From the NCBI GenBank assembly GCA_947458585.1, contig CANGYY010000003.1, positions 17,363 to 81,362 on the forward strand: a DNA stretch of 64,000 bases. The letters are read 5' to 3'. The translations under genes and the position numbers were made by a program. The DNA comes from Cyclobacteriaceae bacterium. GTDB taxonomy: Bacteria > Bacteroidota > Bacteroidia > Cytophagales > Cyclobacteriaceae. The notes below the pieces were generated by a model. It did not search any database and had not been told where the DNA came from. It saw nothing but the letters and a program-made list of their open reading frames with translations. Each line of letters starts with the position of its first letter. Within the stretch, counting starts at the first letter, position 1. Shown here one piece after another: positions 48,676 to 58,068 of this stretch.

Positions 48676-48873
48676 GTCCACAGACGACGGTCAACAGTCC
48701 ACAGCCCATCTAAACAATTAATTTAAAAAGCCCTTTTTCGAACTGAAAAAGGGCTTTTTAAATTAATAGGAGAATCCATTCTGAGGTAGATTCTCCTTAT
48801 GAGTCCTAAAAGAAGGAAAAATGATAAAAATTTAACAAAATGAGCAGTGGACCGTGGACTGTTGTCAGTTGAC
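48676..48873. repeat. Inverted pair of GTCxACR heptamer arrays
   Basis: GTCCACA GACGACG GTCAACA GTCCACA at 48676-48703; reverse-complement array at 48845-48873. Confidence 0.7.
48717..48767. terminator. Bidirectional terminator, perfect 23-bp inverted repeat
   Basis: attaatttaaaaagccctttttc-gaact-gaaaaagggctttttaaattaat between convergent genes. Confidence 0.85.
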
Positions 48874-48881
48874 AAAAAAAA

Positions 48882-49661
48882 TTACAAGTCCGCTCCCCAC
48901 ATCAAAATTAAGAACACTATTCCGAGGCCGATTCGGTACCAGCCAAAGGAGGTAAAGCCATGGGTAGAGACGTAGGTCAAAAATAGTTTAACCGCTCCCC
49001 AAGCCGATGCAAAAGCCACGACAAAGCCAATTCCCAGCAGCATCAATTGCTCGCTCGAAAAGGCTAGGTCCGCTTTCAAGAGATCATAACCCCCAGCTGC
49101 GAGCATAGTGGGTACGGCAAGTAAGAAGGAAAACTCGGTAGCCTGTCTTTTGTCCAAGCCATTAAACACCCCACCAATAATTGTGGCTGCTGCTCGAGAG
49201 GTGCCAGGCACCATGGATAAACACTGACAGAGTCCGATGAAGAAGGCGTTTTTGTAGGAAATATCTTCCACCTCCACCACGGTGCTGCCTTGAGCGGCTA
49301 CTTTTTTATCGATAAAAATTAGGATTACCCCGCCCAAAATCAGGGAAACCGAGACCACAATGGGATTAAATAGGTAGGCTTTGATGTAGTCGTAAGCCAA
49401 AAATCCAACTATAGCCGTGGGAAGAAATGCCGTAATCAACTTGAAATAAATGGTCAAGTTTCGGAAGAACCGCTTGATGTACATCAAAGCAATGGCCAAG
49501 ATGGCGCCCAATTGAATAAATACTTCGAAGGTCTTTACAAATTCATCCTCATGAATTCCCATGGCTGTGGATGCCAAAATCATGTGTCCCGTGGAGGAAA
49601 TGGGGAGAAATTCAGTAAGTCCTTCCACCAAGGCGATCAGGATACTTTGAAAAAGAGTCAT
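48882..49661 (-). CDS. uppP: Undecaprenyl-diphosphate phosphatase
   Basis: EGLTEFLPISSTGH, IQLGAILA, PGTSR and EFSFLLAVP motifs. Confidence 0.96.
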   Translation of the reverse strand: MTLFQSILIALVEGLTEFLPISSTGHMILASTAMGIHEDEFVKTFEVFIQLGAILAIALMYIKRFFRNLTIYFKLITAFLPTAIVGFLAYDYIKAYLFNPIVVSVSLILGGVILIFIDKKVAAQGSTVVEVEDISYKNAFFIGLCQCLSMVPGTSRAAATIIGGVFNGLDKRQATEFSFLLAVPTMLAAGGYDLLKADLAFSSEQLMLLGIGFVVAFASAWGAVKLFLTYVSTHGFTSFGWYRIGLGIVFLILMWGADL

Positions 49662-49797
49662 GCAGTGCGGGTTTCCAACACAAAACTAATCATCAGCCGC
49701 AAACCTCAAGGAAATTTTCTACGTCTTCAAAGAATTAAAGGCCAAGCCTTGGGTTTCGTATACTAATTTGTTTGATTTAACTCCAAATTTACTCCTT

Positions 49798-51675
49798 ATG
49801 AAAAGACTACTTTTTTCCCTCCTCCTTGTCAGTCTCGCTTTCCAAGGATTCGCTCAGGACCTCAAGGAAGTGACGCTTACCAACCAGATCAAAGAGGTCA
49901 CCCTCTTCTTGTCAGGGGCACAAGTATTTGAAACGGCAACAGGCACCCTTTCCGCCGGAGAATCCGTGCTGCTGGTCAAGGGACTCTCTCCGTTCCTAGA
50001 TGAAAAAAGCATTCAGGTGAAGGGGCAGGGCAGCTTTATCATACAGGCGGTCAACAAGCGCCTAGATTTTCTCCACGAAAAAGAAGAAGGAGAAAAAGCG
50101 AAATCACTGGAAAAAGAAATCGCTGAAATCGAAAAACGGCAAAGCAATTTGCGCAATCGAATTCAGGTGCTTGGCACTAAAATGAGTGTACTTTCGGCCA
50201 ACAAAAGCATTGGCAGCAGCCAAGCAGGCACGAGCATGACTGCGCTAAAAGCAACCTTAGACTTTTTTGATGCCGAACACACCAAAATCGCCCTTGAGGA
50301 ATTGCAAATCAATGCGCAGCTTATGGCAAATGAACAGGAGCTTGACGCCCTTCGGAATCAGGTGTATGCGCTGCAACAAAGCGACGATAAAGCAAAAGCT
50401 GAGATCAGAATCCGTGTAAAAGCCACCGGCGCAGGTCCTGCCACCTTTCAAATCAATTACCTGGTATCCAATGCCGGTTGGTACCCCAAATACGATGTGC
50501 GCGTCAAATCCATTACCGAGCCACTTCAACTGCAGTACAAGGCAGAGGTATTCCAAAATACAGGAGCAGATTGGAAAAATGTCAAACTTCGCTTTTCGAA
50601 TGCCAATCCCAACCAAGGAGGACAGGCTCCAATCATAGACAAGTGGGAACTCAACTATGCCCGATACACCACGGTCAATAAATTTGCCTTACCTCAAACC
50701 CCTGGCACCATTAGCGGAATGGTCCTGGATGAGCAAGGACAACCTCTTCCGGGTACTGCTGTCTTGGTAAAAGGGACTACAATCGGAACCACTACGGATT
50801 TGGAAGGCCGGTATTCTCTTACCTTACCTGCAACAGCCAAAACAGTAGTGTTTTCTTTTGTCGGGATGCGCATGGAGGAAATTCCAATCCAAGGAAGATC
50901 TAGTTTGAATGTGACCTTAATGCAAGATACCCAAATGCTATCTGAGGTAGTCGTCACAGGAGGGAACAGACAGATGGAAAAGAGAGCACTGACAGGAACA
51001 AACTTATCGATCAGAGGAACTAGCTCAATGGATGCTGCTCCCCTGATGACCAGCTTCGTAGAAAACCAAACGACCGTGGAAATTCAGGTGGCCGAACCCT
51101 ATTCCATCAAAACCAATGGGGAACGCACCCTTGTGGATTTGAAAACCTACGAAATCCCGGCAAACTACCGCTACACCGCCATCCCCAAACTAGATAAAGA
51201 CGCCTTCCTTTTGGCCGAAATGGCCGACTGGAGCCAGTATAGCCTCTTGGAAGGGGAAAGCAACCTGTATTTTGAAGATGGCTTCGTGGGAAGGTCTATC
51301 CTCAACCCAGCAGCGCTCCAAGATACCCTTCAGGTATCCATGGGTCGGGACCGATCCCTCGTGATGCAGCGCGAGAAAGTAGACCAATTTTCCAAAAAAC
51401 GTAGCATCGGGGCAAACATCACCGAAAGCCGTGGCTATGAAATCACCCTAAAAAACAACAAATCCCAGGCCGTAACCCTGCAAGTCAAGGATCAAATCCC
51501 TGTTTCCGTCAATTCAGCTATCGAGGTGACTTCAGGTGAACTCAGTGGCGGTATCCTTGATCCACTAACTGGCATCGTAACTTGGGAAATCACCCTTCCT
51601 CCAGGAGGACAACAAAAACTTTCCCTGCGCTATGAGGTCAAATACCCAAAGTCAGAACGAGTAATTTTAGATTAA
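49798..51675 (+). CDS. DUF4140/DUF4139 (MuiA-like) exported protein with carboxypeptidase-regulatory-like insert
   Basis: VTLFLSGAQV, WYPKYDVR, QNTGADW, GTTTDLEGRY and DQIPVS motifs. Confidence 0.85.
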   Translation: MKRLLFSLLLVSLAFQGFAQDLKEVTLTNQIKEVTLFLSGAQVFETATGTLSAGESVLLVKGLSPFLDEKSIQVKGQGSFIIQAVNKRLDFLHEKEEGEKAKSLEKEIAEIEKRQSNLRNRIQVLGTKMSVLSANKSIGSSQAGTSMTALKATLDFFDAEHTKIALEELQINAQLMANEQELDALRNQVYALQQSDDKAKAEIRIRVKATGAGPATFQINYLVSNAGWYPKYDVRVKSITEPLQLQYKAEVFQNTGADWKNVKLRFSNANPNQGGQAPIIDKWELNYARYTTVNKFALPQTPGTISGMVLDEQGQPLPGTAVLVKGTTIGTTTDLEGRYSLTLPATAKTVVFSFVGMRMEEIPIQGRSSLNVTLMQDTQMLSEVVVTGGNRQMEKRALTGTNLSIRGTSSMDAAPLMTSFVENQTTVEIQVAEPYSIKTNGERTLVDLKTYEIPANYRYTAIPKLDKDAFLLAEMADWSQYSLLEGESNLYFEDGFVGRSILNPAALQDTLQVSMGRDRSLVMQREKVDQFSKKRSIGANITESRGYEITLKNNKSQAVTLQVKDQIPVSVNSAIEVTSGELSGGILDPLTGIVTWEITLPPGGQQKLSLRYEVKYPKSERVILD

Positions 51676-51686
51676 TAAGAGCACCC

Positions 51687-52139
51687 ATGAAAAATGTATT
51701 TGAACCAGCGGTTACCGCTGAATTGATCCATCGAATCGAAAAACTAAGCCCTGAAAGCCCTGCCCTTTGGGGCAAAATGTCCGTAGACCAAATGCTGGCC
51801 CACTGCTGTGTAGCCTACGAAATGGCCTTTACAAACAAGCATCCCAAGGCAAATCCGGTGATGCGTTTTCTGTTGAAAAACTTTGTCAAAAAAGGAGTGG
51901 TCAATGAAGTTCCTTACAAGAAAAACCTGCCCACAGCTCCTGCTTTTCGAATCAAAAACGAAAAGAACTTTGCCGAAGAGAAGGCCCGGCTCATCGCTTT
52001 TGTAGAGCAAACACTTGCAGCAGGGGAAGGAGCATTTGAAGGAAAAGAATCTCCTTCCTTTGGTCCCATGACCGCTAAGGAATGGAATAACTTACTCTAC
52101 AAGCACCTGAATCACCACCTCACCCAGTTTGGGGTGTAA
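51687..52139 (+). CDS. DinB-like DUF1569 protein
   Basis: WGKMSVDQMLAHC and FGPMT...KHLNHHLTQFG motifs. Confidence 0.88.
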   Translation: MKNVFEPAVTAELIHRIEKLSPESPALWGKMSVDQMLAHCCVAYEMAFTNKHPKANPVMRFLLKNFVKKGVVNEVPYKKNLPTAPAFRIKNEKNFAEEKARLIAFVEQTLAAGEGAFEGKESPSFGPMTAKEWNNLLYKHLNHHLTQFGV

Positions 52140-52216
52140 CGCAGCAGCCAAGGCTTCTACCCACCGGGTTTTGCTTCTAATGAAAAACTGCTACTAGGAG
52201 GGATACTCCTTGCGGC

Positions 52217-53149
52217 TCAAGAAAACTTCACCAAAACTCCCTGTGACTTGCTGGTCATGGGGAAAGGGAGGGACGCTGTGATTTCTTGGTAGAGCAGCTC
52301 CACCAATTTTTGTTTTAGAAAACTCCGGTTCAGGATGATGCTGACTTCCCGAGTAGGGGAAGCCCCGACAAAGGGTCGGAGTCGGGATTTTTCCTCCTTG
52401 GAAAGCTCCCAAGTAGCCAACTCAGGAAGCAGGGTAAGCCCCTTGTAACGGTTGACCATGTTGCGAAGGCCCTCTAGAGAGCCACTCTCGTAGTGGAAAT
52501 TTTTGTGTCCCGACAGGCCTTGATCACAGAAGTTGAGCACCTGGTCTCGGAAGCAATGCCCCTGTTGCAAGACCCAGAGTTCCTCCGTTTTGATCTGCTC
52601 GGGACGAATCTCTTGCTGATCCAGCAACTCGTGTCCACTCGAAAAATAGGCATAGAATTTTTCGTAAAACATGGGTTTCTCCACAATCCCAGACTCCCCC
52701 AAAGGGGTCACGACAATTCCCAAATCCAACTCGTCGTTCTTCAGTTTGCGCACGATCTCCTCAGTGACCATCTCCTGCACCTCCAGCTTGATCAGCGGAT
52801 AGTTGTCCAAAAACTTTCTGATAAATAGGTGCAAAAGATAAGGAGCCAGGGTAGGTAGGATTCCCAATTTCAGCACTCCAGAAACATCTCCTTTCAACTG
52901 GGAAACCAATTCAAATATCCCCTTGCTTTCAGACAGTACTTTTTTGGCCTGAGCAACCACCTGCGCCCCAGACTCTGTGGGGATGACGGGCATCTTACTT
53001 CGGTCAAAAAGAATCACGCCTAGTTCCTTCTCCAACTTACTCAGTTGGGCGCTGAGCGTGGGCTGAGTCACAAAACAAGCCGATGCCGCTTGACCAAAAT
53101 GCCGATGCTTGTCTACTGCGATCAGGTACTCCAACTGTTGAATGGTCAT
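52217..53149 (-). CDS. oxyR: H2O2-sensing LysR regulator OxyR
   Basis: HFGQAA..CFVTQPTLS HTH; GHCFRDQVLNFC carries both redox Cys. Confidence 0.9.
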   Translation of the reverse strand: MTIQQLEYLIAVDKHRHFGQAASACFVTQPTLSAQLSKLEKELGVILFDRSKMPVIPTESGAQVVAQAKKVLSESKGIFELVSQLKGDVSGVLKLGILPTLAPYLLHLFIRKFLDNYPLIKLEVQEMVTEEIVRKLKNDELDLGIVVTPLGESGIVEKPMFYEKFYAYFSSGHELLDQQEIRPEQIKTEELWVLQQGHCFRDQVLNFCDQGLSGHKNFHYESGSLEGLRNMVNRYKGLTLLPELATWELSKEEKSRLRPFVGASPTREVSIILNRSFLKQKLVELLYQEITASLPFPMTSKSQGVLVKFS

Positions 53150-53329
53150 TTCGATTGATTTTTTCTATGGCAATTTCGAAAAAAGGAGCAGATCCTCCCC
53201 TTTCTAAACCAAAAAATATCCCCTTGGCATTTGAATGGCCCCCTTATCAACTTAAAATTCAAAAATTTAGAAAGACCAGAATTTTCAGGTAATTTAAAAT
53301 TGAATTCCTACACTAAACTCAGAACCTTC

Positions 53330-54637
53330 ATGTGCGCTTCTTTTTCCCGTCGTAAATTTCTAGGAACCAGCTTGCTGACCACTGCCGGACTAAGCATTCT
53401 TCCTGGCTTAACTGTTGCCTCTCCATCCGCTACCCCCTTGTTTCAGGCTGCTCACGAGCGCGTTCGCCTTGGATTTATCGGGGTAGGGCGTCAAGCCATG
53501 GGCTTGCTCAACAATTTTATGCGCATCCCAGGCGTGGAAGTAGTGGCAGGAGCGGATGTTTACGCCATCAAGCGGGAGCGATTTGCGCTTCGCGTTCAAA
53601 AAAATCTCACCGAAGCAGGCAAGACCGTCACCGCACCCAAACTCTACGAGGACTACCAAGAGCTACTCCAAGATCCCAATGTGGATGCGGTAGTCATCGC
53701 CTCACCAGATCACTGGCATGCACTGATGGCCATCCATGCATGCAAAGCGAAGAAGGATATTTACCTCGAAAAACCGCTCACCTTCACGATCAAAGAAGGT
53801 CAACTCCTGGTGCAGGCTGTGCGTGAAAACGGCGTAGTCCTGGCCGTGGGCTCCATGCAGCGCGCAGCAGTAAACTTTCAAACTGCTGCCATGCACGTGC
53901 AGCGGGGTCAACTGGGAAAAATCTCCCAGGTACTCGTTCACGTAGGAGACAATCCCCATCCCAAGCCCTATGACCTTGCTGCCCAGCCCATTCCGGAAGG
54001 CCTCAACTGGGAAAAATGGCTTGGCCCTATTCCGAGCATGACATTCAATGACCTGCTCAACCCAGGCATTAGCCTAAATCCTGAAAAGAACGAAACTGCC
54101 TGGGGAGCTTGGCGCTGGTACAAGGAAACCGGAGGCGGATTGATGACCGACTGGGGAGCACACATGATCGACATCGCCCAGTGGGGCCTAAGCAAGGATA
54201 GAAATGGTCCAACCACCATTATCCCTGGATCCGCGGCTCAACCACTCACGTACCGCTATGCCGATGGCGTAGAGATGATGATCACCAAGTTTGACGAAGG
54301 CCGACAAGGAGTGAAGTTTATCGGAGAAAAAGGCTGGATCAAGGTTTCCCGCGGCAATTACGACAGCTCAATCCCTGAGCTACAGCTCGGCAAAGAGCCT
54401 GAGAATTTTAGTTTTGGCGCCCACCATGTGGATTTCATCGACTGCATCCGCAAGCGTAAAGATCCAATCGTACCCGTGGAAATCGGGCATAGTACCTGCA
54501 CGGCCTGTACCCTAGGCAATATTGCCCACGAGCTGGGCCGTACCATCACCTGGAATCCACAGACGCAATTGTCCACAGACGCTGCCGTCAATGCCAAGCT
54601 TCACTATGCCTATGAAAGAGGTTATAAACTGACCTAA
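53330..54637 (+). CDS. Tat-exported Gfo/Idh/MocA oxidoreductase
   Basis: SRRKFL twin-arginine signal; GFIGVG, SPDHWH, LEKP and DWGAH motifs. Confidence 0.92.
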   Translation: MCASFSRRKFLGTSLLTTAGLSILPGLTVASPSATPLFQAAHERVRLGFIGVGRQAMGLLNNFMRIPGVEVVAGADVYAIKRERFALRVQKNLTEAGKTVTAPKLYEDYQELLQDPNVDAVVIASPDHWHALMAIHACKAKKDIYLEKPLTFTIKEGQLLVQAVRENGVVLAVGSMQRAAVNFQTAAMHVQRGQLGKISQVLVHVGDNPHPKPYDLAAQPIPEGLNWEKWLGPIPSMTFNDLLNPGISLNPEKNETAWGAWRWYKETGGGLMTDWGAHMIDIAQWGLSKDRNGPTTIIPGSAAQPLTYRYADGVEMMITKFDEGRQGVKFIGEKGWIKVSRGNYDSSIPELQLGKEPENFSFGAHHVDFIDCIRKRKDPIVPVEIGHSTCTACTLGNIAHELGRTITWNPQTQLSTDAAVNAKLHYAYERGYKLT

Positions 54638-54711
54638 ATCACTCGGTTGTGAAGAAATTTTCTTCCTCCAAAAAACCTTGAAGTCCATTCTTAAGTTTGA
54701 AGAGTAGTTCC

Positions 54712-54719
54712 TAATTTTG
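54712..54719 (+). promoter_or_regulatory. -7 promoter element for ohr
   Basis: TAATTTTG matches TAnnTTTG. Confidence 0.5.
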
Positions 54720-54773
54720 GGGCCCAGCCCCAACAACGACTCTAAAAAATCAAACAGTAAATCATACGAAACC

Positions 54774-55196
54774 ATGGAAAAATTAATTGTAGACTACACC
54801 GCAGTAGCGGTAAACACCGGAGGCAGAAAAGGACACGTGCGCACTGAAGACGGGATGCTTGACTTCGACGTGGCCATGCCTAAAGAAATCGGTGGAGAGG
54901 ATGGAAAAACCAACCCTGAGCAACTCTTTGCTGCTGGCTATGCGGCTTGCTTTGGCGGTGCCTTGGCAGCAGTAGCCGGTACCACTAGCTTGAAAGATTC
55001 CGAAATCAAAGTGAAAGCACACCTCGGCCACTACGGTCCTGGAAGCTTCGGATTGGGCGTAGACATTGAGGTGAAAATCCCTCAGGCTGCTTCCCTAGCA
55101 GAAGCCCAGAAGTTGGTAGATGCAGCGCATCAAGTGTGTCCTTATTCCAAGGCTACCCGAGGCAATATTGAGGTAACTGCCACTGCAGTCGCCTAA
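54774..55196 (+). CDS. ohr: Organic hydroperoxide resistance protein
   Basis: GGRKG, TNPEQLFAAGYAACF and AHQVCPYSKATRGN motifs; ATG at 54774. Confidence 0.95.
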   Translation: MEKLIVDYTAVAVNTGGRKGHVRTEDGMLDFDVAMPKEIGGEDGKTNPEQLFAAGYAACFGGALAAVAGTTSLKDSEIKVKAHLGHYGPGSFGLGVDIEVKIPQAASLAEAQKLVDAAHQVCPYSKATRGNIEVTATAVA

Positions 55197-55218
55197 GCAT
55201 TTTCTTAATTTACTCCCC

Positions 55219-55249
55219 AGGCAGGCCCCAAAAAGGTCTGCCTTTTTTT
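55219..55249 (+). terminator. Terminator after ohr
   Basis: aggcaggcc...ggtctgcct followed by a T-run. Confidence 0.8.
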
Positions 55250-55368
55250 GTGGTTTTCCTCCACCATGGATTGCTAATTATCCGCTTTCCACTCGTCACT
55301 TTTCCAGCATCTCGTGGCAGTACAATGGACAAAAGCGGTTAACTTTCTCGCCGAAACCCATTTTCCAA

Positions 55369-57903
55369 ATGAAAAAATTATTCTTTTCGCTTCTAGTGGC
55401 CGTGCTTTCTGTGGGAAGCGTACTGGCCCAACTCAAGACTCCAGAGCAGTTTCTTGGTTACAAACCGGGAGACCGATTCACTCCTCACCACCGCATGGTG
55501 GACTATTTTGAGTACGTAGCTGCTCAAAATCCCAATATCAAACTCATCCAGTATGGGGAAACCAACGAGAAAAGACCCCTCATCCTAGCGATCCTTGCGA
55601 GCCCAGAAAATATGGCTCGACTCGAGCAAATCCGTACGGACAACTTGAAACGAACAGGCATTCTTTCCGGAACGCCAAGCACCCAGGTTCCCATCAACTG
55701 GATGTCTTTCAACGTGCATGGCAACGAATCTGTGGGCATGGAAGCTGCCATTTCCACCTTCCATACCTTGGCCGATCCCAACAATGCCAAAGTACAAGCC
55801 TGGTTGAAAAATCAAGTGGTCATCCTCGATCCTGCCATCAACCCCGACGGAAGAGATCGCTATTCCAACTGGTACAACCAGAAAATGCATACCCAATTGC
55901 AGCCCGACCTTCAGTCCATGGAACACAACGAACCTTGGCCAGGTGGGCGTGCCAATCACTACCTCTTTGACCTCAACCGAGACTGGGCATGGCAGGTACA
56001 AGTTGAATCTCAACAACGCCTCAAGGTGTACCAGCAGTGGATGCCACAGCTTCACCTGGACTTCCACGAGCAGGGCATCGACAATCCATTTTACATGGCT
56101 CCTGCCGCAGAACCCCTCCACGAGCAGTTGACACCTTTCCAGCATGAGTTTCAAGACATTTTTGGAAAAAATACCGCAAAGTACTTCGATCAAATGGGCC
56201 GCTTCTACTTCACCAAGGAGCGTTTTGACCTCTTATATCCATCTTACGGTGACACCTATCCCATGTACAATGGGGCCATCGGCATGACCATCGAGCAAGG
56301 CGGAGGCGGGCGTGCCGGTATCGGTGGCTACAATGCCATCGGCGATACGGTCACCTTGAGTAGTCGAATTGCAGGACACTACACGGCTGCACTTTCTGCT
56401 GTGGAAATGACCAGCCAGCATTCGGCTCGACTCCTCAGCGAGTTTGAACGCTATTTCAAAACCAACTCAACCGCTCCCAAAGGCACCTACAAAAGCTTTG
56501 TGATCAAGGGTGAAAGCAACCCTGCCCAGGTAGCCAAATTGCTGGAATTGCTGGACAAAAACGGAATCCAGTACGGAAAAGGCATAGCCAAAACAGGCTT
56601 GAAAGGCTACGAGTACCAAAGTGGAAAGACGGGCGTTCCTTTTGCAACGAGCGACAAGGACATCGTCATCTCCGCCTACCAACCGAAATCTGTCCTGACC
56701 CAGGTATTGTTTGAACCTAACCCTGCGCTACACGATTCGATTACCTACGACATCACGAGTTGGGCCATGCCTTATGCGTATGGGGTAAAGGCCTTTGCAC
56801 TGGATACCCGATTGGATCCAAGCGGAACCTACGAGACCCCTACCGCTGCTTCGGCAAAAGTCACTGGCGCTCCAGTCGCCTACCTGGCCCCTTGGCAAGG
56901 TACGCGAGACGCAGCCTTCCTTGCGGCGCTACTCAACAAAAAAATCCGCGTGCGCTACGCCGAATATCCCTTCACGGTGGAAGGAAAATCCTATCCCGCC
57001 GGAACGATGATGATCACCAAAGGAGGCAACGAGTGGGTGGCTAATTTTGATCAGACAGTGCAAGAAACTGCCGCAGCATTGGGCATTGCTTTGAGCACTA
57101 CCCAAACAGGATATGTAGAGCAGGGCAAGGACTTTGGTTCCCCTACCGTACGCGTCATCCAAGCCCCTAAGGTGGCCCTTTTAGGCGGTACAGGCACCTC
57201 GTCCCTTAATTTTGGAGAGGTATGGCACTTCTTCGAAAAAGACTTGAAGTATCCGCTCAGCAGTTTAGATGCTGCTTCGATGGGCAATGCTGATTTAAGC
57301 AAATACGATGTGATTATTCTTCCATCTGTATTTGGTTCGGCCCTATCTGCTTCTGCCCAAACCAAGTTGAACGACTGGGTGAAGGCAGGAGGAAAGGTGA
57401 TTGCCATCGATGGCTCAGTCAACCTGTTTGCCAACAAAGAAGGTTTCAAGCTGAAGACCTTTGACACGGAAGATGAGAAAAAAGCTGCCGAGAAAGCTGG
57501 ACAGGAACTCGCAAAGAAAGAGCGCTTGGAACCATATACCGAAGGAGAGCGCTTGGAAATTGCAGGAGGAACAGCCGGAGCCATCTATGAAATCAAGATG
57601 GACGAAACGCATCCGCTTGGCTACGGCACCGGAGGAAAATACTACACCCTCAAGAATAACTCCAGCCGCTTTGCCTTCCTGAACGGAGGAGCCAATGCCG
57701 GCATTATTGCTTCCAACGATGCCTACAGAACAGGGTATATTGGTTACAAAATCAAATCCCAGATGGGTCAATCCCTCGTGATTGGTGCGGAGTCTCAGGG
57801 AAGAGGACAGGTAGTCTATTTTGTGGATAACCCGATTTTTAGAGGCTTCTGGGAAAGTGGAAAACTCGTATTGAGCAACGCAATCTTCTTGGTGGGGCAG
57901 TAA
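55369..57903 (+). CDS. M14 zinc carboxypeptidase with C-terminal GATase-like domain
   Basis: VHGNE, NPDG, DLNRD, DFHE and YDITSW motifs. Confidence 0.9.
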   Translation: MKKLFFSLLVAVLSVGSVLAQLKTPEQFLGYKPGDRFTPHHRMVDYFEYVAAQNPNIKLIQYGETNEKRPLILAILASPENMARLEQIRTDNLKRTGILSGTPSTQVPINWMSFNVHGNESVGMEAAISTFHTLADPNNAKVQAWLKNQVVILDPAINPDGRDRYSNWYNQKMHTQLQPDLQSMEHNEPWPGGRANHYLFDLNRDWAWQVQVESQQRLKVYQQWMPQLHLDFHEQGIDNPFYMAPAAEPLHEQLTPFQHEFQDIFGKNTAKYFDQMGRFYFTKERFDLLYPSYGDTYPMYNGAIGMTIEQGGGGRAGIGGYNAIGDTVTLSSRIAGHYTAALSAVEMTSQHSARLLSEFERYFKTNSTAPKGTYKSFVIKGESNPAQVAKLLELLDKNGIQYGKGIAKTGLKGYEYQSGKTGVPFATSDKDIVISAYQPKSVLTQVLFEPNPALHDSITYDITSWAMPYAYGVKAFALDTRLDPSGTYETPTAASAKVTGAPVAYLAPWQGTRDAAFLAALLNKKIRVRYAEYPFTVEGKSYPAGTMMITKGGNEWVANFDQTVQETAAALGIALSTTQTGYVEQGKDFGSPTVRVIQAPKVALLGGTGTSSLNFGEVWHFFEKDLKYPLSSLDAASMGNADLSKYDVIILPSVFGSALSASAQTKLNDWVKAGGKVIAIDGSVNLFANKEGFKLKTFDTEDEKKAAEKAGQELAKKERLEPYTEGERLEIAGGTAGAIYEIKMDETHPLGYGTGGKYYTLKNNSSRFAFLNGGANAGIIASNDAYRTGYIGYKIKSQMGQSLVIGAESQGRGQVVYFVDNPIFRGFWESGKLVLSNAIFLVGQ

Positions 57904-57928
57904 GCGCATTTCCTTAAACAGCCCTACT

Positions 57929-57965
57929 AAATCCCCTGAAAAGATTTTTTTCAGGGGATTTTTTT
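57929..57965 (+). terminator. Terminator
   Basis: aaatcccctgaaaa/ttttcaggggattt followed by a T-run. Confidence 0.85.
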
Positions 57966-58068
57966 GACCGCAAACGCCAGGCCTTGATGCATAATGGCCC
58001 CCTCCAAATTCCGCTTATTTTAAAAATTCAATTCTTCCCCGTAGATTACTTGCTTGAAACTTAGCTAC

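Noticed and set aside
55219-55249. aggcagg motif resembling the mini-palindrome
   Set aside because: Explained as an ordinary terminator stem with a U-tail after ohr.
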